A stretch of 64,000 bases of DNA from a virus (IMGVR_UViG_3300045988_108496:1-64000); one strand, 5' to 3'. Counted from the first letter of the stretch, positions 33,635 to 41,943 are shown. Made by a program: numbers and translations. The notes: a model not told the origin generated them from the letters alone.

Positions 33635-33747
33635 AAATCATTCAGCCCTACCGTCGAGGAAATAAAGGATATTTAAAAGTCTAATCAACCACAGAGGACA
33701 CGGAGAACACAGACGATGTGAAACTTGTGGTTTAAATTGATATTGTT

Positions 33748-34530
33748 ATGGCAGAACAGATTAGAGTGTGGAAGTCGAAGAACTTGCACTCCACCTATAT
33801 GCTTGTATATCGAGACGAGCTGACGGGGAGGCTGCGCGTCACTCGGATGGATGGCAGGAAGTGTGACAATGAAAATGGCCTGATAAACAGTTATAACATG
33901 TTTGGTGGTGGTCTTTGGGCAGCTTGCAGGGACATGGGTAACGATGTTGCGGAGATACGCGCTGCCGTGGATCGTGAGATAGCCGAGGAGACAGCACAGC
34001 GAGAGCGTGAGGAGCTTCGACTGAAAGCGGAAGCCGAAGCTAAAGCGAAGGCTTTACAGAAGGCTCAGGAGATTAGGGCTGCGCTTGCCGGCACAAAGGA
34101 CAGCGTATGTATCAAGCCTATTGAGGTGTTGCAGCGGTACGACCTCTTAGAGGAGCGTCTGGAACAGCTGAAGTCTGGCGAGTATGCCGTTTGCATCAAC
34201 TATAAGAAGAAGGGCGTTGTTGAGCTGCGCACGAAAGCACGAACGACCGACCATCTGAAGGTGTTGGCAAAGGTGACGAAGGATAAAAGAAATAGTAAAG
34301 CCTCTTTACATCGTTTTGCCGTGAAGGTGCGCGAAGCGTATCAGTCGGGCATTGTCATCATCGGCAAGACTCACGCCCTTAAAGGCTTCGGCAAGCGCAT
34401 TGTGGACGCTGCTCTCTGCGTCAAGAAGAGCCAGAACACATATTACTCATCGTCTGCGCCACGTCAGTATTACGACAAGAACACGCTTGTGTATATGAAG
34501 CTGGAGCAGATAGAGAAAAATGACTTATAA
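33748..34530 (+). CDS. hypothetical protein with central coiled coil
   Basis: 260 aa. AQREREELRLKAEAEAKAKALQKAQEIRA. Confidence 0.5.
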   Translation: MAEQIRVWKSKNLHSTYMLVYRDELTGRLRVTRMDGRKCDNENGLINSYNMFGGGLWAACRDMGNDVAEIRAAVDREIAEETAQREREELRLKAEAEAKAKALQKAQEIRAALAGTKDSVCIKPIEVLQRYDLLEERLEQLKSGEYAVCINYKKKGVVELRTKARTTDHLKVLAKVTKDKRNSKASLHRFAVKVREAYQSGIVIIGKTHALKGFGKRIVDAALCVKKSQNTYYSSSAPRQYYDKNTLVYMKLEQIEKNDL

Positions 34531-34541
34531 TGTTATAGACT

Positions 34542-35102
34542 ATGGCAGAAAACAGTAAAACGACGAGATCGGCAGGCAGACCTGCCATCGGTGGCAAGAG
34601 ACGACAATATGTTGTGACAGACGATGTGCACGAGTGGATAATGTCGCACGGTGGAGGTAAGTACTTGACGGAGACCATGCGCTGTGTGCGCACTACGAGC
34701 GGAGGTAAAGGTGCTGTGACAGATTATGCGATGTGCATTCTTCGCGCTGCCACTTGCTTCGATTTTGAGGTAGACCTTACCGAGCCTTATGCTGACTTAG
34801 GATTGAAAGCCCGCGACATAATATTGTCGGAGGTAAAAGAGCCTGAGACTTACCATGTTTACAAGGAAGGAACGTGGAAAGATGGCGTTTTTAACAATAA
34901 CATTGGCTCCCTTGCTATCAGTTCATCGTCAGAATGCCCTGAAGACGAAAGCAAGCGACGTTATTACAGACCGTCGGGAGACTTCGGGGATTATAAGCGT
35001 ATTCCTTACAAGCGGGTGAAGGCAGGAGACTATTGTTTGGTTAATCGGTATGTCGACGACAAAGCACGAGTCGTAGGAGTATTGGCACAAGTAGAGAAGT
35101 GA
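34542..35102 (+). CDS. hypothetical protein (basic N-terminus, possible DNA binding)
   Basis: 186 aa. The RSAGRPAIGGKRRQYVVTDDVHEWI start resembles small RHH/Arc-like N-termini. Weak evidence. Confidence 0.45.
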   Translation: MAENSKTTRSAGRPAIGGKRRQYVVTDDVHEWIMSHGGGKYLTETMRCVRTTSGGKGAVTDYAMCILRAATCFDFEVDLTEPYADLGLKARDIILSEVKEPETYHVYKEGTWKDGVFNNNIGSLAISSSSECPEDESKRRYYRPSGDFGDYKRIPYKRVKAGDYCLVNRYVDDKARVVGVLAQVEK

Positions 35103-35138
35103 AAAATAAATAATAACAATAATAAAAAACGAAATATT

Positions 35139-35450
35139 ATGGCAACAAAGAAAGTTTATCCGTTTATTCATGCAGAGATGTTCGACCTTGAAGACAACAA
35201 CGACAGAAAGAATGTTGTGTTTGACGCGCGAGAGGTCGAGAGCTACGAATCATGGTCAAGTAAAGATGATGAAGATGGGAACAAGTGCGTACAAGTCAAT
35301 TTCAAATCGGGACGAAAAATGTGTCTATACATGGAACTCGATCAAGAGCTTTACCCTGGCGACAATCTGATTACTGCAATCGACATGGTGCAGTACTCTC
35401 ACTTCTGGCACGACAACGAAGACTCTATCCCTGACGAGGACGAGAATTAA
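35139..35450 (+). CDS. hypothetical acidic protein
   Basis: 103-aa track ORF. Confidence 0.5.
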   Translation: MATKKVYPFIHAEMFDLEDNNDRKNVVFDAREVESYESWSSKDDEDGNKCVQVNFKSGRKMCLYMELDQELYPGDNLITAIDMVQYSHFWHDNEDSIPDEDEN

Positions 35451-35481
35451 TATAACAACAACTTTTTATACTTTACAGAAT

Positions 35482-37080
35482 ATGGCTAAAATTAAGAATT
35501 TTGAGGATTATTGCGCTTTGGTGGACGAAGTAAAGGTGCATGATTATAAGTATTTTGCACAGAACGCCCCCTCTATAAGCGACGAGGAATATGATGCTCT
35601 TTACTTCGCTTTGCAGGAATATGAAGACGCGCATCCGGATGATATACTGAAAGACTCACCTACCCAGCGGTGCTACAGCGAGAACGGCAACGGCAAGCGC
35701 ACTGTTGCGCGTCGCACGGCGTGCCTCTCGATGAAGAAGCTGCATGATGCCAAGTCGGTAGTGAAATACCTGAGAGCGCAGCAGCGCACTGCCAATATCA
35801 GCAGTCAGGGCGCGAAGGTAGATATAGAGTGGAAGTTCGACGGCGAGACCGTGAGTCTTGTGTATCGCCGCGGCTCGCTCTCGGAAGCTACCTACGGACA
35901 TGGCAAAGAGTTGTACGGCATCGACTGCCTGGAACATATAAAGCATGTTCAAGGCGTGCCTGTCCAGGTGGACGTATGGAGCCAGTACGACCGAGTGGAG
36001 GTGAGAGGTGAGGTGATCATCTCGCTTGAGGAGTTTGCCCGTTATAGCAAGGCTGGCAAATCGCCCCGTTCTACGAGTAACGGCATCATGGCGAAGAAAG
36101 TGGCTGTAAAGGACGAGTGCAAGCGTCTGGAGTTTCATCCCTTCCGCCTCATTATGGACGGCGTGATAAGACACACGGCTGCTATGCAGGCTCTTGAGCG
36201 TAATGGCTTTAAGACTTCGGGCTTCGTGTCGGCTCTCAATCTTGAGAAAACGGATGCCGAACTGGAGCAGGACATTGAGAACATCGTGTGCTCTGCCGAG
36301 GTGGAGCGTGAGTCGCTGCCCTACCCTACCGACGGTCTTGTGTTCAAGTTCGACAACTACGACTATTACGACCGTATAGGACAGACCGATCATGACGCAA
36401 AGTATAATTGCGCTTTTAAGTTTCGACCGGTGTTTAAGGCCGTAACCACATATCGCGGATACCATACTACGGTAGGCGAAAAGACTGGCAAGGTGACGTA
36501 TGTAGCCGACTTTGACGAGGTGGAAATGAACGGACACCGTTTCGCCCATGCCAACTGCGGAAGCGAGCGCACGTTCCTCCAGAAAGACCTTGTGGCAGGT
36601 TGCAAGATAGAGGTCAGCTTGCACGGCGATGTTATCGTGTGTGTGGATAGAAAGATTGAAGACGAACCGGCTATTGATGAGAACCTTATCATTGAGGAAA
36701 AGCCTATCATTGAGGAAGAATCTATTGCTATTGACGAGGAGCCTCTTGTTATAGACGAATCGGGATTTGTTCATCATCCGGAGCCTCACGTTATAGAGCC
36801 GGATATTTATCAGGATCGGGAGCCGGAAGCAGAGTCGGAGCCTATACCTCAGCTGAAGCCGAAACGTAAGCGTAATTATCCGCAGGTAGGCGAGCCGACG
36901 CTACGAGAGGAACGTGAAGACACGTCGGCAAGGAGAAAGGATGGCAAACTGAGCGTAAAGAAGGTATTCGCCGGTGCGCTTGCTGTACTCATGTCAGCGT
37001 CAATGTTCGTAGTTGTGGTAGCATTCGCCGGAGCCGCCCTATTCTTTCTGCCGATGATGGGAGATGTTGCAAAGAAGTGA
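35482..37080 (+). CDS. ligA: NAD-dependent DNA ligase (adenylation + OB core) with acidic linker and C-terminal TM helix
   Basis: HDYKYFAQNAPSISDEEYDALY...HPDDILKDSPTQR matches the LigA domain Ia/N-terminus. KxDG motif EWKFDGETVSLVY. C-terminal VFAGALAVLMSASMFVVVVAFAGAALFFLPMMG. Confidence 0.85.
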   Translation: MAKIKNFEDYCALVDEVKVHDYKYFAQNAPSISDEEYDALYFALQEYEDAHPDDILKDSPTQRCYSENGNGKRTVARRTACLSMKKLHDAKSVVKYLRAQQRTANISSQGAKVDIEWKFDGETVSLVYRRGSLSEATYGHGKELYGIDCLEHIKHVQGVPVQVDVWSQYDRVEVRGEVIISLEEFARYSKAGKSPRSTSNGIMAKKVAVKDECKRLEFHPFRLIMDGVIRHTAAMQALERNGFKTSGFVSALNLEKTDAELEQDIENIVCSAEVERESLPYPTDGLVFKFDNYDYYDRIGQTDHDAKYNCAFKFRPVFKAVTTYRGYHTTVGEKTGKVTYVADFDEVEMNGHRFAHANCGSERTFLQKDLVAGCKIEVSLHGDVIVCVDRKIEDEPAIDENLIIEEKPIIEEESIAIDEEPLVIDESGFVHHPEPHVIEPDIYQDREPEAESEPIPQLKPKRKRNYPQVGEPTLREEREDTSARRKDGKLSVKKVFAGALAVLMSASMFVVVVAFAGAALFFLPMMGDVAKK

Positions 37081-37345
37081 GTTATGTTTTTGTGGAAATG
37101 TGGAAATGTGGAAGTACAGAAATACATAAATACACATTTTCACAAAAACATAAAACAATAAACACACAAACACATCCATACACAAACGCACACACACATA
37201 AATACATATATACATATATACATATATACATGAATAAACAAAGCAACTAACAAATTAATCAACTAACAAAGCAATACACACACAAATACACTTATAAATA
37301 AATTAAGCAATAAATAAATAAACAAATAAATAAACAAATAAATGT
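37081..37345 (+). repeat. G-poor A/C-rich patchwork of microsatellites between ligA and parA
   Basis: GTGGAAAT x3 (37092-37115). ACATATAT x3 (about 37204-37230). CAACTAACAAA x2. AAATAAATAAACAA x2. Inverted repeat GTTATGTTTTTGTG / CACAAAAACATAAAAC. Confidence 0.8.
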
Positions 37346-37354
37346 GCATGGATA

Positions 37355-37386
37355 TTTGTTTATTTCAATTATAATTCTTAAATTTG
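37355..37386 (+). promoter_or_regulatory. promoter TTTG-N20-TAAATTTG upstream of parA
   Basis: -33 at 37355-37358 and -7 at 37379-37386. The TTCTTAAATTTGCAAC string is identical to that at 43349-43364. Confidence 0.65.
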
Positions 37387-37459
37387 CAACGTATTACAGA
37401 TTATACGTGTTCTGTATATTTGAATAGTATCATCAATTTTAAAATATACTTTATAGAAG

Positions 37460-38326
37460 ATGGAAAGACTTAGAGAAGTGCTTGCCTTTGTAAACCACAA
37501 AGGCGGTGTAGGAAAAACAACAACGGTGCAGAGTTTAGCGACCGGATTGCGCCGTTTTGGTAAAGGAAAATTCGGAGTGGATGCCGATGGACGCAAACGC
37601 TTGCCGCGTGTGCTCATTATCGACCTTGACCCGCAGGCGTGTGCCTCGTTCCTCTTCGGATGGAGCGAGACTCAGAACGCAGGTAAGCCTACCGTTTACG
37701 ACGCATTGGTACAGCAAAGCAATTTGCCCGTTTATCAGGTACGTGAGGGAATTTACCTCGCGCCAGCTGCGTCGCAGCTTATATCCATAGAACCGTTTCT
37801 GAATCAGCGGGCATTGCCTCGCAAAGCCCTTTGTAAATTGCTCGCCAAGCCACTGAACGAGTTAGCAGGCACCGAACTGGCAGACGGAGGCGTGAACACC
37901 GTTATGGATGCTTTCGACTACGTGCTTATAGACTGCCCACCGGCTATGTCGTTGCTTACATACAATGCTCTCACAGCCGCTACGAGTGTAGTGCTGCCCG
38001 TGCAGCTCGAAGTGTTGGCAACAAAAGGTATTGCCGAAATCATCAACGCCATCGAGGAAACACGTGAGGATCTTAATCCCGATCTTGACATTCGTGGCTT
38101 GCTGATGGTAATGAGCAACGACCAGACCAACGCCACAAAGGAGTTTAAGGCATATCTCGGCGAAAAGTATCAGGACTATATGTTTGACGCTTATACGCGC
38201 CGCGACACGAAGATGGTCGAAGCGCAAGCTATGCGAGAAGACATCTTTGCTTATGCACCGTATTGCAGGGTAGGGCAGGACTATGAGCGTTTTACCAAGG
38301 AGATAATCAACAGTTTCACTTTTTAA
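37460..38326 (+). CDS. parA: ParA/Soj-type partition ATPase
   Basis: Deviant Walker A FVNHKGGVGKTTT. IIDLDPQ motif. Typical size of 288 aa. Confidence 0.9.
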   Translation: MERLREVLAFVNHKGGVGKTTTVQSLATGLRRFGKGKFGVDADGRKRLPRVLIIDLDPQACASFLFGWSETQNAGKPTVYDALVQQSNLPVYQVREGIYLAPAASQLISIEPFLNQRALPRKALCKLLAKPLNELAGTELADGGVNTVMDAFDYVLIDCPPAMSLLTYNALTAATSVVLPVQLEVLATKGIAEIINAIEETREDLNPDLDIRGLLMVMSNDQTNATKEFKAYLGEKYQDYMFDAYTRRDTKMVEAQAMREDIFAYAPYCRVGQDYERFTKEIINSFTF

Positions 38327-38337
38327 TATTATAGGGT

Positions 38338-38793
38338 ATGGCAAGAGAAATGAAGAAACGAGTTGCGCATTTTGGTCTGGAAAATTCAGACGCTATAGAC
38401 GAGAACGAGCGCATTTTGGAAGCAGGTAGACAGCAGCGTCAGGAGAACAGGGAGAAAAAGGGAAGTGGAGAAGCGGCAGCGAATACTGTCACTGCTTCGT
38501 CCGCAGAAGTTCCGGCGACTGAAAAGCCGACTGTTTCTACAACAACGTCTGAGACCGAGACATCGACAACTATAACTCCTGTAGCAGATCAACCGGCAAC
38601 CACATCATTCAGCAACGATATTGCTGCGAACATGCGTAAGCCGAAGGGTAAGAAGACCGAGAATGGCATCACCATATACGTGCCGATGGAGTATTACGAG
38701 CGTATCGCCTTGATGAAAATGCGCACTGGCGTGCCTATCAAGGATTTGGCGCTACAGGCTGTGATTGAGTTTTTGGACAGAAACAAAATGTAA
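38338..38793 (+). CDS. ribbon-helix-helix partner protein (ParG/omega-like centromere-binding candidate)
   Basis: Disordered N-terminal two-thirds. C-terminal ITIYVPMEYYERIALMKMRTGVPIKDLALQAVIEFLDRN fits a strand-helix-helix. Lies 11 nt after parA. Confidence 0.6.
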   Translation: MAREMKKRVAHFGLENSDAIDENERILEAGRQQRQENREKKGSGEAAANTVTASSAEVPATEKPTVSTTTSETETSTTITPVADQPATTSFSNDIAANMRKPKGKKTENGITIYVPMEYYERIALMKMRTGVPIKDLALQAVIEFLDRNKM

Positions 38794-38947
38794 AATCTAA
38801 AGTCTGATGTACACCGATATGGACAACTTTGAAAAATGCGAGGCGATATTCAACGAGGACTTGTAATATGTAAGGTAAAATCCTACTAAAGTTTTTTACC
38901 TTAAAGTTTACGAAGTCACTACAAAAGTGTGCTGTTTTTGGTTTGTA

Positions 38948-39034
38948 ATACCTACGGATTTGTTTACCAATACCTACGGATTTGTTTACTTAAACCTACG
39001 GATTTGTTTACCAACTCCTGCGTTTTTGTTTACC
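38948..39034 (+). repeat. 4 direct iterons, 22-bp period
   Basis: ATACCTACGGATTTGTTTACC (38948), ATACCTACGGATTTGTTTAC (38970), AAACCTACGGATTTGTTTACC (38992) and the degenerate ACTCCTGCGTTTTTGTTTACC (39014). Confidence 0.9.
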
Positions 39035-39197
39035 TCACTGTAGGTAACTGATTGATAATCAATACGCTCAAAAACCTTAATATAATATAATTATAAACTA
39101 TGGATTTTTCGTTTTGAAAGAATAAAAGAATAGTTTATGTTACATTATATTAAGGGAAATTGGAGGAGTTGAAAATCAACGAGTTAGAGCATACGAA

Positions 39198-39283
39198 GTA
39201 AACAAATATATAGGAGTTGGTAAACAAAAACGTAGGTTTTGATACATAAAAACGTAGGTTTAAGTACATAAAAACGTAGGTTA
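39198..39283 (-). repeat. 4 iterons in inverted orientation, ~22-bp period
   Basis: GTAAACAAATATATAGGAGTT, GTAAACAAAAACGTAGGTTT, ATACATAAAAACGTAGGTTT, GTACATAAAAACGTAGGTTA. The last overlaps the rep ATG at 39283. Confidence 0.9.
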
Positions 39284-40875
39284 TGGCAAAGAAAGCGAAA
39301 AAAGAAGACAATGAAGGCAAACTTCAACATGCCTTGAACGAATTGCGCTGGATAAACACACCTGTCAACTATACATCATACGCTAAAAGCTATTCTCTCA
39401 TACAACAGGACGTTATGCTGTTGGTAAGCGGACGACTGCAAGACCATTTTGCCAAGTTTCTTAACGAACATCGTTATTTAAGCAAGGAACGACCCAATGG
39501 AGGTATAACGAAAGAAGACCTGTTGAAGATGGGACCGATACGTTTGCGCCTGGCTGACTTCGGTATAGACAGCAGCCATTATGACGAGTCGGTAAAGGTG
39601 ATAAACCAAATGAAGAAGATAGAGTTTCATTTACCGCGTTTCGATCCAGAGACAGGACTTAGAAAAGGTGAGGACTATATGCCTATATTCAGCAAGATAT
39701 TTATCCCGAAGAACTTCACATCACGAGAAGGAGAAGATTTCAACTATTCGGGAGACGGAGAAACAAAGATAGACGAGGACGGACAGGAAGTGCGCAAGTT
39801 CCGTCGTGACGGATATATCGAGGTTACAATAAACATTGAGGTGGCAAAAGCCGTGTTTGATATGGCAGACGGATATTTCAATCATCTTGAACGTATCGCC
39901 TATTTCTGCAATTCGGCTTACACGTCACGTCTTTATCTTCTGTTGATGAAGTACGCGAGCAGGGGGCAGATGCACCCTGCTATAGATTATCGTGAGCTGA
40001 AGGAAGCATTGGGTATGTTTAAGGTCGATGTGGAAAAAAGTGAACAACCCGCAAAGGTTGTCACTACTGAGAAATATCAAAAGTTCTCACAGTTCCGCAA
40101 ACAGGTGTTGGACGTGGCACGTGGTGACATGGAGCGACTGTGCGAGGAAAACAAGATAGAGATAATGCTATCGTGCATTGACCCCAACAAAAAAGGCTAT
40201 GAACCTATTTATAGGGGTAGCGTCAAACGAGGCAATCCTGAAAAAATCAAGTTTCATATTAAGCGCACACCGTTGGGCTTGGCGAGAGAATTGGAGTTGC
40301 ATCGTGGTTCGTCAGAAAAACGTTTGTGCGCCAAGTTAATGTCATTATATCCTACGCTCGACGAAGAACGGCTCAAGGCGTTTGTTGCTGACGTTCCCGA
40401 AGACCTTTGGAACGACTTTAAGGCGTATGCCTATAATGGAGTGCCGAAAGCGGTAGAGCAACCGCATAGATGGAATGGCACGGTGGAGGATTTCGTGTTT
40501 TACATTATGGAGCAATGGATAAAACAGCATAGTGTGAAGCATGAAGCCCAGCAGCAGACGTTTGCGTTTGTCGAAGCGGAGGAAGTGAAGCCGAAACCGG
40601 GCGAAAAGGAGTGGCAGAATCTTTTGACCATGCTTGACGGTGAAACAGGCGAGTGGCTGGGTAGTGAGATGTCGGACTTGTTGAAAAAAGTGATGCTTGA
40701 TGATTATGACGGCAAGACTGTCCGGATTATTGCGACTCAGGAGCAGGTGACAGCCATAGAGAATCTATTGGAGAGCAATGTACTACAAGGTAAGTTTAGC
40801 CAATTACTTGGCTATTGCTTTAAGGGCAATAAACGTAAAAAGGTCTGTTTGGATTATAAAAAACTTAACAAATAG
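39283..40875 (+). CDS. replication initiator (Rep, iteron-binding type)
   Basis: 530 aa. The ATG lies inside the last of 8 iterons. SYSLIQQDVMLLVS recalls the Rep_3-type N-terminus. The call rests mainly on iteron context. Confidence 0.65.
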   Translation: MAKKAKKEDNEGKLQHALNELRWINTPVNYTSYAKSYSLIQQDVMLLVSGRLQDHFAKFLNEHRYLSKERPNGGITKEDLLKMGPIRLRLADFGIDSSHYDESVKVINQMKKIEFHLPRFDPETGLRKGEDYMPIFSKIFIPKNFTSREGEDFNYSGDGETKIDEDGQEVRKFRRDGYIEVTINIEVAKAVFDMADGYFNHLERIAYFCNSAYTSRLYLLLMKYASRGQMHPAIDYRELKEALGMFKVDVEKSEQPAKVVTTEKYQKFSQFRKQVLDVARGDMERLCEENKIEIMLSCIDPNKKGYEPIYRGSVKRGNPEKIKFHIKRTPLGLARELELHRGSSEKRLCAKLMSLYPTLDEERLKAFVADVPEDLWNDFKAYAYNGVPKAVEQPHRWNGTVEDFVFYIMEQWIKQHSVKHEAQQQTFAFVEAEEVKPKPGEKEWQNLLTMLDGETGEWLGSEMSDLLKKVMLDDYDGKTVRIIATQEQVTAIENLLESNVLQGKFSQLLGYCFKGNKRKKVCLDYKKLNK

Positions 40876-40880
40876 TTTCA

Positions 40881-40918
40881 CACCGCTTACCCATTCCCAA
40901 AGGTAGGCGGTGTTTTTT
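40881..40918 (+). terminator. rho-independent terminator after rep
   Basis: CACCGCTTACC / GGTAGGCGGTG stem followed by T6. Confidence 0.75.
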
Positions 40919-40985
40919 AGTATGTCCTGTTTGTGTTGGCGACTTTTTTTATTTTTGTACACAGAAACCAACAAGACATAAATAT

Positions 40986-41582
40986 ATGGGAAAAATCAAA
41001 ATCATTACATTATGGCTTATGGCTGTAATCACGTTAATGAGCTGCGCCGCCTCAAGAAAGGTGGAGCAGGGGAGTAGTGAGCAACGGCGTGATAGTGACG
41101 TAACTATCGTTAAGGACAGCGTGGTGAAGTCGGAGACGATGACGGACAGCAGCGCCGTTAGAGTCACGGACGAGAATCATACATCTGGCACTATGACCGA
41201 CAAGGGTAGTAACGAGGAAACTATCACTGAGCGAGTGACTGAGAGTACGGATGCCCAAGGCAACAAGACCACCACCACCGATCGAACCGTACACCGCAAG
41301 GGCGACTATGAGCGCAATGCCACATACGAGGCACGACTGAAGCATCAGGAAGAGATAATGACGCGGATGCAGCACGTAATAGATAGCTTAGTGTTGAGTA
41401 ACAGACTGAACGCGGGTACCCACTGGGCAAAGAAGGATAGCACGAATGTGGTGAAGGAGAAGAACACAAAGAATATAAAGTCTACGTCAGAATGGTGGCA
41501 GCTTGCTCTGATTGTTTTCAGTGTTTCTTCTCTTGTTCTTTGTTTTAATACCTCGTTTTATAGTAAAAAGAATAAAGCATAA
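40986..41582 (+). CDS. lipoprotein with C-terminal TM anchor (u-spanin-like architecture)
   Basis: MGKIKIITLWLMAVITLMSC lipobox. Ser/Thr/Asp/Glu-rich middle. C-terminal WWQLALIVFSVSSLVLCF helix. Confidence 0.55.
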   Translation: MGKIKIITLWLMAVITLMSCAASRKVEQGSSEQRRDSDVTIVKDSVVKSETMTDSSAVRVTDENHTSGTMTDKGSNEETITERVTESTDAQGNKTTTTDRTVHRKGDYERNATYEARLKHQEEIMTRMQHVIDSLVLSNRLNAGTHWAKKDSTNVVKEKNTKNIKSTSEWWQLALIVFSVSSLVLCFNTSFYSKKNKA

Positions 41583-41588
41583 GAACTT

Positions 41589-41882
41589 ATGAGTAGAAAG
41601 AAACAAGACATAATAGAGAATACCGAGCAGCCGGAAGTCACCTTACAAGACTTTGTTATCCCTGCCAAGATAGAAGCCTTTTGCGAAAAATACAAGCCGC
41701 TCGACCATTGGCGTGAATACTGCGACATGTTCACCGACTATCAGCTTCGTACGTACTTCAAGGCAGTAGTATGTCCGTTGGGCGATCCGTTGGCATTGTA
41801 CCTTCAGGAGCTGGCTGTGAGAGGCTTTAAGATGAAGGACGATGAATGTGGAGAGCCTGTCATCTACGCTGCGCTAAGGTGA
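41589..41882 (+). CDS. hypothetical protein
   Basis: 97-aa track ORF. Confidence 0.45.
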   Translation: MSRKKQDIIENTEQPEVTLQDFVIPAKIEAFCEKYKPLDHWREYCDMFTDYQLRTYFKAVVCPLGDPLALYLQELAVRGFKMKDDECGEPVIYAALR

Positions 41883-41889
41883 TTTTTGT

Positions 41890-41943
41890 TTTTGAATTTT
41901 GAATTATCGGCAAAGCCGATTTTGATTTGTCAATTTTGAATTT
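41890..41943 (-). repeat. hairpin + heptad element (copy c, inverted)
   Basis: TTTTGAATTTTGAATT, then ATCGGC-AAA-GCCGAT, then TTTGATTTGTCAATTTTGAATTT. Confidence 0.7.

Larger units (their letters stand above)
38948..39283. other. putative origin of replication (quasi-palindromic, iterons flanking an AT-rich core)
   Basis: The iteron sets are equidistant (about 82 bp) from a centre near 39115. Inner inverted repeat 39075-39100 / 39131-39155. Palindromes ATTGATAATCAAT (39051-39063) and GTTGAAAATCAAC (39168-39180). Confidence 0.7.

Noticed and set aside
35656-36789. 377-aa minus-strand ORF
   Set aside because: It is entirely antisense to the ligase gene, which has unambiguous LigA motifs.
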